Virus record (IMG/VR): IMGVR_UViG_2049941000_000011
Reading direction: 5' to 3' (one strand)
Source: an uncultured virus (IMG/VR IMGVR_UViG_2049941000_000011)
Taxonomy: Duplodnaviria > Heunggongvirae > Uroviricota > Caudoviricetes
DNA: 64,000 bases
Program-made: the position numbers and the translations under genes
The notes under the pieces: generated by a model
Databases searched by the model: none
The model's input: the letters and a program-made list of their open reading frames with translations, nothing else
What the model was told of the DNA's origin: nothing
Shown: positions 50,161 through 59,876 of the stretch, piece by piece
How positions within the stretch are numbered: position 1 is the first letter of the stretch
Layout: each line of letters opens with the position of its first letter

Positions 50161-50189
50161 ATTATAGACGACAACACTTATAATGTCAA
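50161..50189 (-). promoter_or_regulatory. Consensus sigmaA promoter of the tRNA/ncRNA island
   Basis: TTGACA-17-TATAAT. Confidence 0.88.
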
Positions 50190-50210
50190 TTATTTTTATA
50201 TCTACAATAT

Positions 50211-52652
50211 CTATTTAATAATTGGTGCATAATCATAAGACTGAACAGAAATAGTGGTCCAAGAAAGTGGGGTTGAGGAATTCTCAGTAGTGTAGCCTGC
50301 TAAAGTTAATCCTATGCCACCCGTACCTTGCCACAATTCAATTAACTCAAGAGGGTTAGATTGTTGAAGCAGCGCGGATAATTGTTGAGTAGGAGCACTG
50401 CCAGAGCTAATGTTCATATTGTAAAACTTAATGCTTTTTAGTAAATCAGCATAATTTCTATCAACAGTAATATTAGTAAGAAGGGTATATAAAGAATCAC
50501 TAGATTCTAATAATTGAGTACATGCTTCATCTTTATATAAATGATTTGCTGTTTCATTTTGTGCTTTATTAGGATTGTAAACAGTTGTATTTTTAAAATA
50601 TAAAATCTCTGGCTCAGGTTCTGGCTCTTCTGCCTCTGCCCATTCCACTCTCTTCACAGGAGCCGAAAGAATAGACTGTAAGCCATCAAAGTTTACAGAT
50701 TCACTATCTGTCGTTAGATAAGGATATCCATTTTCGAGATGATTATCTATAATACTTTGATCCCATGTTCCGCCGTCTCGAGTGTCAATTGCTCTTTCAA
50801 AGACATCTCCATCATACCAACCAAACCACCAATCACCATTATCTGCTTTTCTTATATATAAATCCCAACCAGAGCCTTCTCCTCCATATGCTAAGAAACA
50901 GTAATCCCACTCATCTAAATCTGGGAATGCATTGTCTAAGATATTAATAACTTCTGCACGAGTTAAATTGGTATTGATATATAACTTATTATAACTAGTA
51001 TCATGTTGTAGCGGATTACCAACGCCATCATCATATGACACTTCCATTACATACTTTCCTTCGTCAAGATTTTTAGGAGAAGGTGTAGATTCATCGGCCC
51101 AAATTGTTCGTCCACTTTCATCGCAAGTAAGAATTTGTCCAGGTGAACCTGAACCTGGTCCCACTGTGACAATCTCACGGAAATTTTTTCCGTCTGCTGA
51201 TGGAGGTAATATTAATGCACCATCGACTTCTTTAGGAACATACATTAATTGACTTAAAATATTTAATTGTGATTGATTTAAAACATTCTGACCAGTACCT
51301 TCGTTTGGTCTACCATTAATAGGTATACGATTGCCAAATTGTTCTAGATATTCTTCATTCCACTCAAATCGATTGAAAATATCCCCATCAAATAAAACGT
51401 CGCCAGTATTTGGATCTGTTAAATATACTGAGATCTTTGTACTTTCCCAATCCTCTGAGTCCATATAAAAAGTAATTTCAAGTCCTTTGGTGCTATAAAC
51501 AGTATATGTATCATATTGACCCGTTGAATTTAGAATACTCCAAACCTCTTCATATGGTTTAGTAGCATCAAATACTATCTCTTGAGGCCAACGACTGCCA
51601 TCATCAAGAGTAAGGCCATCTAATGGAGCCGGAATAGCTTCTATTTCATTAGAAACTTCTCTATAGAATACATTATAATTAATTTCCGATAAAGGTTGCG
51701 TTGGATCAACACTAATAATAGCTTGCGGTACAACAAATTTAGGATCAATCTTGATAATAGATTCACCCCCTCCAAAAATTGTTGCGTGCTCCATGCACAC
51801 TACACCTTCTATCGCACCATAGTGTTTAGTTTCGGTCATGAATAAACCACGAGACATCCCTGGAATATCATCTTGTGTAATCCCCACTAAAAGCTCACGC
51901 GTACTACCTGTGTGATCTTCTACTTCAATAACATATTCGTTTTCTTCAGTATATATCATTGCGCGAGTAATAGTACCTGTGGCTGGAGCCGCTCCTGGTT
52001 GTAATACTACAGAGTAACGTTTACCAATAAATGCTGATGCTTCACAGTAGTCACCAACTTTTTTAACATGTTCTTCTGTGCCAACTCTTATTTCAGCATC
52101 GACCCAATTACCATCCCAAGAATAGGAATTAAAATTACCTCTTGTACCACGTGGTGGACTGTATTCTAATCTAGCGGTATATTGTAATATATTTACTTCA
52201 TTAATCGCGCCTTCTTTAAGATAGAAAAAATATAAACCAGCCTCAGGAAATATATATCCATTCCATATTGTTCCAGGTGTTAAAATACATATAACCATCG
52301 TACTGCCATAGTATGGAACATAATAATTTACTCCGTCAGTATCTCCGTCACCTTGCCAAGGATATGCCTTGTCATCATTATCATAAAGAGACGCATTACC
52401 AAAATAATCATCTGCATCAATAATTTCTTGAGGTGTTGTTAAAGGAGAATCTCCAACTCTTACCCAGCCGCTTACATAACTATAGACAGGTTCTTCTAGT
52501 GAATCATCATAACTAATAACACCTTCTTCTACAATACCCATGCCGCCAGCTTTAGCAGAGTTAATAATAGTATCTACTTCAGGTGGTATGTCTCCTCCAC
52601 CTCCGCCGGATTTACTCAATGCGAGTAAACGTGCAATAACATCAACTCCCAT
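50211..52652 (-). CDS. Large acidic beta-rich protein, probably virion-associated
   Basis: Short N-terminal helix plus SGGGGG linker, GSPGQILT..GRTIWAD fibre-type motif, two related internal domains. Confidence 0.6.
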   Translation of the reverse strand: MGVDVIARLLALSKSGGGGGDIPPEVDTIINSAKAGGMGIVEEGVISYDDSLEEPVYSYVSGWVRVGDSPLTTPQEIIDADDYFGNASLYDNDDKAYPWQGDGDTDGVNYYVPYYGSTMVICILTPGTIWNGYIFPEAGLYFFYLKEGAINEVNILQYTARLEYSPPRGTRGNFNSYSWDGNWVDAEIRVGTEEHVKKVGDYCEASAFIGKRYSVVLQPGAAPATGTITRAMIYTEENEYVIEVEDHTGSTRELLVGITQDDIPGMSRGLFMTETKHYGAIEGVVCMEHATIFGGGESIIKIDPKFVVPQAIISVDPTQPLSEINYNVFYREVSNEIEAIPAPLDGLTLDDGSRWPQEIVFDATKPYEEVWSILNSTGQYDTYTVYSTKGLEITFYMDSEDWESTKISVYLTDPNTGDVLFDGDIFNRFEWNEEYLEQFGNRIPINGRPNEGTGQNVLNQSQLNILSQLMYVPKEVDGALILPPSADGKNFREIVTVGPGSGSPGQILTCDESGRTIWADESTPSPKNLDEGKYVMEVSYDDGVGNPLQHDTSYNKLYINTNLTRAEVINILDNAFPDLDEWDYCFLAYGGEGSGWDLYIRKADNGDWWFGWYDGDVFERAIDTRDGGTWDQSIIDNHLENGYPYLTTDSESVNFDGLQSILSAPVKRVEWAEAEEPEPEPEILYFKNTTVYNPNKAQNETANHLYKDEACTQLLESSDSLYTLLTNITVDRNYADLLKSIKFYNMNISSGSAPTQQLSALLQQSNPLELIELWQGTGGIGLTLAGYTTENSSTPLSWTTISVQSYDYAPIIK

Positions 52653-52654
52653 AA

Positions 52655-53059
52655 TTAGTCCTCCGCTACGCCAACGATAACTGCAGGCTCACCAATAGAA
52701 TCTATACCGACACGAACTCTTTGGCATCCAGTAATACTGACCATATAAATACCAGGGCCAGTAATAGTGTCAACAGCTTCATATGTATTCATATTCATAA
52801 TTTTTAATCCTGTCCACCAACAATCACTATCCTGAAGTGTTTCACTGCGAGGCATACCATCTTCATCGATCCAACGATCCACAACGTTAATACATGCTTC
52901 TACATACATTTCGATATTATCGGTTCTGGAAACTTCGATGGTCATGGTATTGTATCCAGAGTTTATAAAAGACTCACTAACCCCTGGCTCTGTGACTGGA
53001 GTTTCAATACAAGAATGAAAAAATGGAAAAATTTCTTTATCTGCTCTTGTTAGGCTCAT
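52655..53059 (-). CDS. Hypothetical, possibly structural, protein
   Basis: AGGAGG SD before MSLTRADK; tracked ORF is over-extended. Confidence 0.65.
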   Translation of the reverse strand: MSLTRADKEIFPFFHSCIETPVTEPGVSESFINSGYNTMTIEVSRTDNIEMYVEACINVVDRWIDEDGMPRSETLQDSDCWWTGLKIMNMNTYEAVDTITGPGIYMVSITGCQRVRVGIDSIGEPAVIVGVAED

Positions 53060-53089
53060 AATTCTACCTCCTAAATAAAAATAAAAACA

Positions 53090-53118
53090 AAAAATAAAAA
53101 GAGTGATAGAACACTCTA
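53090..53118 (-). terminator. Probable intrinsic terminator after nrdG
   Basis: AGAGTG-TTCTAT-CACTCT followed by a T-rich tail. Confidence 0.55.
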
Positions 53119-53153
53119 TAGAGCCCACCAGAAAGATGGGCTTGAACAATGTT

Positions 53154-53609
53154 CTAATTTTTAATAAAACGATAAGTAATATCTTTAATATTACCACATT
53201 GTATATGGAATAATCTTTGATTGGTGTTGGGGTTATTTAGTGGTCCTTTTTCTGGAATATATCCCCCAATTTTATAATAATCAAGCACAGGAACCAAATC
53301 TCTGTCTAATTCGTCATCACCACTATACATACCAACTTTTAAGTGAGTAGTATTATGTATATAATTAGCCATATACTTAATATAATTATGATCACTGTCG
53401 CCCCCCATAAAGCAAACACAAGTAATACCGAAATGGTCTTGAATTAATTTATCTAATTCTGCTTCTGATAATACTGTACCGATATCTTCACGAAGCCACG
53501 GAGAGTGACAATTTTTACACATATGAGGACAACTGGTAATATCTATAGCTAAAGTAATTTCATCAGGTATTTCACTGAATACTACTGCGCTATCATAATA
53601 TTTAAGCAT
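53154..53609 (-). CDS. nrdG: Anaerobic RNR activating radical-SAM enzyme
   Basis: CPHMCKNCHS, FMGGD, DYYKIGGY, TNQR. Confidence 0.92.
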   Translation of the reverse strand: MLKYYDSAVVFSEIPDEITLAIDITSCPHMCKNCHSPWLREDIGTVLSEAELDKLIQDHFGITCVCFMGGDSDHNYIKYMANYIHNTTHLKVGMYSGDDELDRDLVPVLDYYKIGGYIPEKGPLNNPNTNQRLFHIQCGNIKDITYRFIKN

Positions 53610-55522
53610 CTTTAATATCATCCTTTTTTGCGTAATATCTTGTAACAGCTTCAACTTGTCTAGCTTCACTAAAATTTCCAATGCGCTTGAGATATCCAAT
53701 GATTCTAGTTAAATAGTCAACATTTTTAGAACCGCAGTGTTCACAATGGTCTAAATGATGTTTGCTAATATGTCCGCATTCGTTACAGATTGTATTAGGG
53801 ATATTAAATGTAAAATATGAACATCCAGCATGTATTGCAATATCCATTAACATACGATATTGTTTTTGAGATAAGTGTTCATCTAAATTACAATGATATG
53901 CGCTACCACCATCTAAATTACCAATAAAATCATGTCCTTGTAAGAACATTTTTGTAATTGGATCATACTTAGGATCTTCGACAGGATAGAAATAGGAATT
54001 ATATAAATTTCTCTTTGGATTAACATAATATCCATCTCTCTTATCCCATTTATATAACTTCGCACCCGCATTCTCTGCTGGAACTTGCTCTGTATTAAAT
54101 CTGAGATGTTCTGTTCTGTGTGCAGTATTTAATTCTTTAATAGTATTCAAAATATCCTTCGCATACATCTTATATGATTCGTTACTAGGATTAATTTCAA
54201 TATTTTTGTAGCAATCACTATTAACATGAGCTAAGAACTCTGCGCCTTCGATGAAACCATTAAATCCGATAGTAAGATATTGTTTGTCTAAATCAATATA
54301 TCCAGCATCATAAACTGTTAATAATCCAGAATTCTTTAAATCCCAAAGATAATCATTCCAAGCTTCTAAATATTTATGTACTCTATTAACAATATCAGCG
54401 ATATAGTCACTAAGTGTACCTTTATATTTGAATAATAATCTATGTGATTTTCTATACCAATCTTGGACTATTCTATTAATATTTAAAGTAATAACTTTCT
54501 TAGAGCCAGTTTCAACACCGCCAGCTCCCAATGTATAACTAAAAACGTTCTCTTCGATAGCATTTTTCAAACGGCAACAACTTGAAAGTGCATCCGCAGA
54601 ATCACTATTATATAAGAAGAACGAATGGCCTTCTGCCCACATTTCTGCTGTAAAATCTGCCATATCTGAATCAACATATTGTTTTGTGTCTTTGTTCCAC
54701 AATAAATTCATGGTTTCAACAGGGAAAGTAATAACATCATGTGTTCTTTCTTGATTAAACCATTTCATAAATATTTTTTGCAATTTCTTAGTGGATTCCC
54801 AACAAGGAATGTCTCCGTCAGGGAAAATAAAATCCTTAAAAATAGATTCAAAANNNNNNNNNNNNNNNNNNNNNNNNNNNNNNNNNTATCCTTTGTCGAA
54901 ATATGCAATGTTTGTAAATGGAGATTGATATCCCCTTGCACCAGCAGGTTGATTTATACAATAGACAAATTCTTGAAATAAATCTTCAATAATATGTCTC
55001 ATTGTGAANNNNNNNNNNATTATATACACATTCTTCTAAATGCTCCATATAATCATCACCGTAATCTACTCTTAAGAAGTGGTCTAAATAAGGCAAAAAT
55101 TCAGGAACAGCGACTGCTCCTGCAAATTGACCAGCAACTAAGAANNNNNNNNNNGCGTGTTTAGGAGCACCGCTGGTTCCCCCCAATGGCTTTAACCCTT
55201 CTAATAAAAAAGGATATAAAGAAATAGCTACACAATAAGGCATAATTGAAGTCTCATCATGAGAATAAATAAGATGTCGTGCTAAATCTTTATCGAATTT
55301 TCTACATATTTTAATACCATATTTTTTTCGAAGATAAGTTTTTGTAATAACTCTATTTACTTCAATAAAATCGGGCTTAGAAAGCTCTGAAGACATTGTA
55401 GCAATATTTTTACTTGTTACATTTGCGTTAGCATCCACAGTGCTTCCAGATGCAGCATTTTTTGCCTTTTTGTAGCGATTAATAAAACGCAATTTTCTCT
55501 TGGTTAGCTTACTTATTCTCAT
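53602..55522 (-). CDS. nrdD: Class III (anaerobic) ribonucleotide reductase, split by gaps, no ATP cone
   Basis: IYSHDE, PYCVA, SSCCRL, EQVPAE, CNEC/CEHC zinc site, glycyl-radical motif RIIGYL. Confidence 0.93.
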
Positions 55523-55745
55523 TGTTGTCTCCCCCTTGTAAGCGAACCCATTCAAATATATCTTTTCCCACATATGATTTTTCGTCGACTACAAGTACGG
55601 GAGTGTGAGAGAAACCCAATGCTTTAATTTGTTCAGTATCCTGATTTTCAATGTACTGAATATTATTTTTATTTAACATCATCTTAACCATTTTGCATTG
55701 AGGACATCCTGGTTGAGAATAAATTGTAACTGTATGTTGATCCAT
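55509..55745 (-). CDS. nrdH: NrdH/glutaredoxin-like redoxin
   Basis: TIYSQPGCPQC...TPVL. Confidence 0.85.
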   Translation of the reverse strand: MDQHTVTIYSQPGCPQCKMVKMMLNKNNIQYIENQDTEQIKALGFSHTPVLVVDEKSYVGKDIFEWVRLQGGDNNENK

Positions 55746-55750
55746 AAATA

Positions 55751-56477
55751 TTATTCCTCTTTAGTATTACCTTTCGTAGCTGAAGCTTTTTTCTTCTTAT
55801 CTAAATCGCTTGCGACTTTTGTTAACAAATCTTTTTCTTTTTGTAATTCTTTATTAGCTTGGTCTACAGCGATAGCATTTAAATCTTTTTCTAAAGCAGT
55901 GGTACCAGATCCGGCACCCATTTTAGCGAGTTGAATCAAATCATCGACTGTCTTAGAATTAAGGTCACCTTTAATTGCTTTAATACTTTCTTCCCATTTA
56001 TTAAAACTCTCTGGTGAAAACATGTTCGCAGTTTCGATAATTTTACCAATATTATTTGCATTAATAGTATTATCAATCATTTTTAATAGTCTATTATAAT
56101 CTGCAAAACATTTATTAAGAATATAATCATATAAACCATTCATGACAATAGTGTCATAAATTGATGGTGTTGAAAGTGCAATTGTGTCTAAATCATTTTC
56201 AAAATTAACACAATATCCTAATAAACCATATATGATTCTTCCCATTTCAATAAAACGTGCTGTACCCATAGCAGAAAAATCGTCATTTAAAACAGATAGA
56301 ATTCGAGCACAAACAATTTCCTTATCAGCCAAAGGCATAAATTCTTTAACTTGGATTGTATTAATAAACTCGTTTAACTCTTCAAGATTTTTATCTGAAG
56401 GGTCTTCTGAAAACTTAACTGCAAGTTCCAAGAGACTTACATGCTCTAANNNNNNNNNNTTTAAATTTTGATTCCAT
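55751..56477 (-). CDS. Hypothetical helical protein (5' end affected by gap)
   Basis: AAGGAG SD before MESKFK. Confidence 0.6.
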
Positions 56478-56492
56478 TTTATTAGTCTCCTT

Positions 56493-57179
56493 TTACTTCA
56501 TATTTTTGCGCAAATAATAACGATTCATATTTGCAATTTTAATTTTTTCTTTATGTTTTTGATAATATTCACGTTTTTGTTGTCGCAAATATTCTTTTTG
56601 TTCAGATGACATTTTAGCAAGGCGCCTTTTTTCGCTATCTCTTTTACGAAGTAATTTTTCTTCTCTGCTCAAAGGAATACGAGGCGCCCAATTTGGGTCT
56701 TGTTCCCTTTTAGCTTTATTACGAATACGGCTACGTAGTAAAATAGCTTCCCTATTTTGAAGATAATACGCTCGCTGTCTGGCATTTTTTTGTTCTCTGT
56801 GTTCATTTTCCCAACGGACATGAGAGTATTTTTCTGCCGCTTGTCTATCTTCTTCAGTTAAATACTTAATAGCCCCTTCTCCTCCATACGTCATATTATA
56901 TCCATTGCAATTAGGATCTTTTATACACGTATGATATAATAAGATAAGCTCTCTTTCTTTTTCTTTCGCGTCTTGTTCTGTTAAATTTTGAAACAAAATA
57001 TTATGCTGAATATTATTCCATCCATATTTTTGTATAGCTCGATACATCATAGGTTGAACATTCTCTTTATATCCCCACCCATAATCCCAACGTAATTGTG
57101 GCGATTGACATGTAATGCCAATATATTTTTTACCATTAGGAAATATATGCTCATAAACAATAAATTTTCTATCTGGCAT
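56493..57179 (-). CDS. GIY-YIG endonuclease with basic C-terminal repeats
   Basis: IVYEHIFPNGKKYIGIT...RW...GYNMTYGGEG; RAYYLQNRE and REYYQKHKE repeats. Confidence 0.85.
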   Translation of the reverse strand: MPDRKFIVYEHIFPNGKKYIGITCQSPQLRWDYGWGYKENVQPMMYRAIQKYGWNNIQHNILFQNLTEQDAKEKERELILLYHTCIKDPNCNGYNMTYGGEGAIKYLTEEDRQAAEKYSHVRWENEHREQKNARQRAYYLQNREAILLRSRIRNKAKREQDPNWAPRIPLSREEKLLRKRDSEKRRLAKMSSEQKEYLRQQKREYYQKHKEKIKIANMNRYYLRKNMK

Positions 57180-58185
57180 CCGAACTATCCCCTTTTTTAT
57201 TGTTATACTTAACAAAAAATTTATTTAGTTTTTCTTCTGTAGGAGTATCATCGTAAATTTTAATTAAATCTGAACTTGCCCACGAGAATATCTGAACAAT
57301 CACATCATCTGGTAATTCCATAGATTTTAATAATGTACAGAAATAATGTCTACTTGAGTGATTGTAATATTCAATATTAAACATTTTTGAAATCTTAGCA
57401 GCAAAATTATTTGCGGTTGAAGTATTAGCTGGCACATAAATACCACCTTTTTTCGTTACAAATAAATAGTCACTGGTGATTCCTAATTTTTCTCTTTGAT
57501 TCATCCATTGATCAAAGAATGGTTGAAAGAATTCTTTAATAACATATTTTTTAATCAATTTACCTTGTTTTCCTCTGCCTTTGGATCTAATTGATGGAGT
57601 ACAATACATGTATCCGTCAAAAACTTCTCTCTCAGGAACAAAGAACTCTGGCTTCATTTGAAGCATTTCTGATTTTCTACAACCAGATGCACATAATAAA
57701 GCTAAATAACAAGCAATTTGATATTCTTCGTTGTCTACGAGCCCTTGTAAAATGTTATTAATATCTTCATTACTTAATACAGTCTTTTCACGAACAGTAT
57801 TAATATGAACTGGTTCTAATCCTCTTAATTGATTATGAAAATTCGGATAAATATCTTCATATAATAATTCAATTTCAGAAGATAGACTGCTTAATACAGA
57901 TTTTAGGGATGCGATTCTATTTGAACTCATTCCTAAATCTCTACACCAACCAAAGTAGTAAACAAAGTCTCTCTTTTTAAGCTCAATAAAAAATTTATCA
58001 TCATTTTCTAATAAGTTCCAACAAAAGAAAACTTTAAGCCATTCTTCGTATTGGTGGATGGTTTGCGGAGATTTATCATTAGACTTACAGTATTTAATAA
58101 AATCTTTTACAAGTCTCTGATTTTCGGCAGAAACATTTGCATAATCTTTAGTTAAATTATCATTATAAACTGTTGATCTGCCCAT
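57169..58185 (-). CDS. Tyrosine recombinase (XerC/D/integrase family)
   Basis: SGCRKSE, SKGRG, HSSRHYF, FSW, catalytic Tyr in IKIYDD. Confidence 0.88.
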   Translation of the reverse strand: MGRSTVYNDNLTKDYANVSAENQRLVKDFIKYCKSNDKSPQTIHQYEEWLKVFFCWNLLENDDKFFIELKKRDFVYYFGWCRDLGMSSNRIASLKSVLSSLSSEIELLYEDIYPNFHNQLRGLEPVHINTVREKTVLSNEDINNILQGLVDNEEYQIACYLALLCASGCRKSEMLQMKPEFFVPEREVFDGYMYCTPSIRSKGRGKQGKLIKKYVIKEFFQPFFDQWMNQREKLGITSDYLFVTKKGGIYVPANTSTANNFAAKISKMFNIEYYNHSSRHYFCTLLKSMELPDDVIVQIFSWASSDLIKIYDDTPTEEKLNKFFVKYNNKKGDSSDAR

Positions 58186-58201
58186 ATATTCTCCTCCTCC
58201 T

Positions 58202-58876
58202 TTAATTTATTATTTTTAGCCCGTCTAAGCGCTTTATTTCTTCATCACAGCTGTTTATAGCATGTGCTGCTTTCAAAGTCTTACGGTGTCTTTTTACTTC
58301 TCTAATTTGTTCATCTATTTGCTTATTCCAAACAAGCTCTACAAAAGTTTGAGCAAGAAATACAGCATCTGATTCATCGAGAATTAAATTACTTAAATTA
58401 TATGTTTCATATAAATAATCTCTGGTATCTTTCTTATCTACAGGGTGTTTATTGTCCCACCCTCTCAATTTTCTGAGATAGCAATGCCAAGTAATTGGAT
58501 AAACGCCTGTATAATCAAATACATCGATATTATGCTGAGCACAATATAAATCTAAAATTCCATGACTACGAGCTAAAGCAATAAATGTTTGAATTGTAGT
58601 AGCCGCACCATGTATTTGTGAAGGCATAGCCTCTTTATAAACAAGAATATCGGACAATGAAATGCCCATTTTATTAAGACCACTAAAAAATGCATCAAGT
58701 TGATCATACAATGCAGCAACTGGTAAGGTTTTACATTTTGTAACATCAATAATTGATGTTTGTGCTGGTCTATGATTTTGAATATCCCATAAACATACAC
58801 CTGTAATTTTGCTTGCTAAATCAAACATAACTACATATTTATAGTCTGATAAATGTTTCTGAAATTTTATTTCCAT
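58202..58876 (-). CDS. RuvC-like Holliday junction resolvase
   Basis: FDLASKITG, YKE, DESDAV acidic RNase H-fold motifs. Confidence 0.7.
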   Translation of the reverse strand: MEIKFQKHLSDYKYVVMFDLASKITGVCLWDIQNHRPAQTSIIDVTKCKTLPVAALYDQLDAFFSGLNKMGISLSDILVYKEAMPSQIHGAATTIQTFIALARSHGILDLYCAQHNIDVFDYTGVYPITWHCYLRKLRGWDNKHPVDKKDTRDYLYETYNLSNLILDESDAVFLAQTFVELVWNKQIDEQIREVKRHRKTLKAAHAINSCDEEIKRLDGLKIIN

Positions 58877-58948
58877 AAACGCTCCTTTTACTGTCTTAGA
58901 GGAGGGGCGGGTGGCTCTGATCGTACGAGCGCCCGCCCCAAGCTGAAT

Positions 58949-59865
58949 TTATTGATAAAGATTAATGATTCCTCGTTGAGTATCAATCTGTGTTAAACTA
59001 GGATCTGGATCTCCATCTCCTGGCTCAATGTGTACATACACTACATATAATTTATCATGTGGCGTATGCCAATATTTTCCATGAGCCCCGCTATATAAAC
59101 AAAGGCCAAAGCGTTTCCACCATGCTCCTTCATGTTGATAAGTCTCATACGTAGCAATCTCAGATTCTTGCAAAACGTAATTATCGTGATACATATACTC
59201 TTGTACAATATGAGTAACATCAATTTTACGTTTTATAGTATGACCTAAATTTATACTTTCAATATGTTCAGGTAAATCACCACCACCGTGAGGTCCTAAG
59301 CTACCTGCCATGGTATATTGTAATCTATTCTGATAATGAATGCCATGTGGATCATCATATGGTCTTTCTACACCTGTCTCTAATCTAAATACTTGCTTTT
59401 TAGAGTGTTCTCTATATATCGCAACAATGACATCAGACTCATCAGTGCAAAGTTGATTATATAAAGAATCATCATTAATTTGTAAAAACCACCTTTTAGT
59501 GGATGCTTCATAAATTACAGTGGCAGGGGGTGGGGCGACNNNNNNNNNNCTTCGTGATATACACGAGGTGCTTCACCACTAGCATAAGGATTAACCGCAC
59601 TCATAATAAATGAATTATTTAATTGATTGTTAATTTTATAAATATAAACATAGTCCCCTTCTTTAAATTCAAGACGAGTTGTATTTAATACATTTTGTAT
59701 AATTTCCGACTCATCGGGAACTACATAGACATTATAATGTTTATCGTCTGTTTTAGCGACAACTTGACATAAAACAGTTTGGCCTCTTGTCGATAATTCT
59801 TGCTGAATAATATCACGTACAGTTTTTACCATTTCTTCTGCTGCCATTTCTTCTGCTGTATTCAT
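58949..59865 (-). CDS. Structural protein; tracked ORFs 59515..59865 and 58949..59311 are probably one gene
   Basis: After the gap the frame PPATVIYEAS...QNRLQYT runs without a stop into MAGSLGP; N-terminus paralogous to 61420..61854. Confidence 0.6.
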
Positions 59866-59876
59866 ATGATTTCTCC

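Noticed and set aside
53602..55573. Split nrdD or intron
   Set aside because: Breaks lie at N gaps and there is no extra intervening sequence
57169..58185. Integrase marking a prophage boundary
   Set aside because: Phage genes flank it on both sides and no att site or host DNA is visible; genome resolution is as plausible as integration
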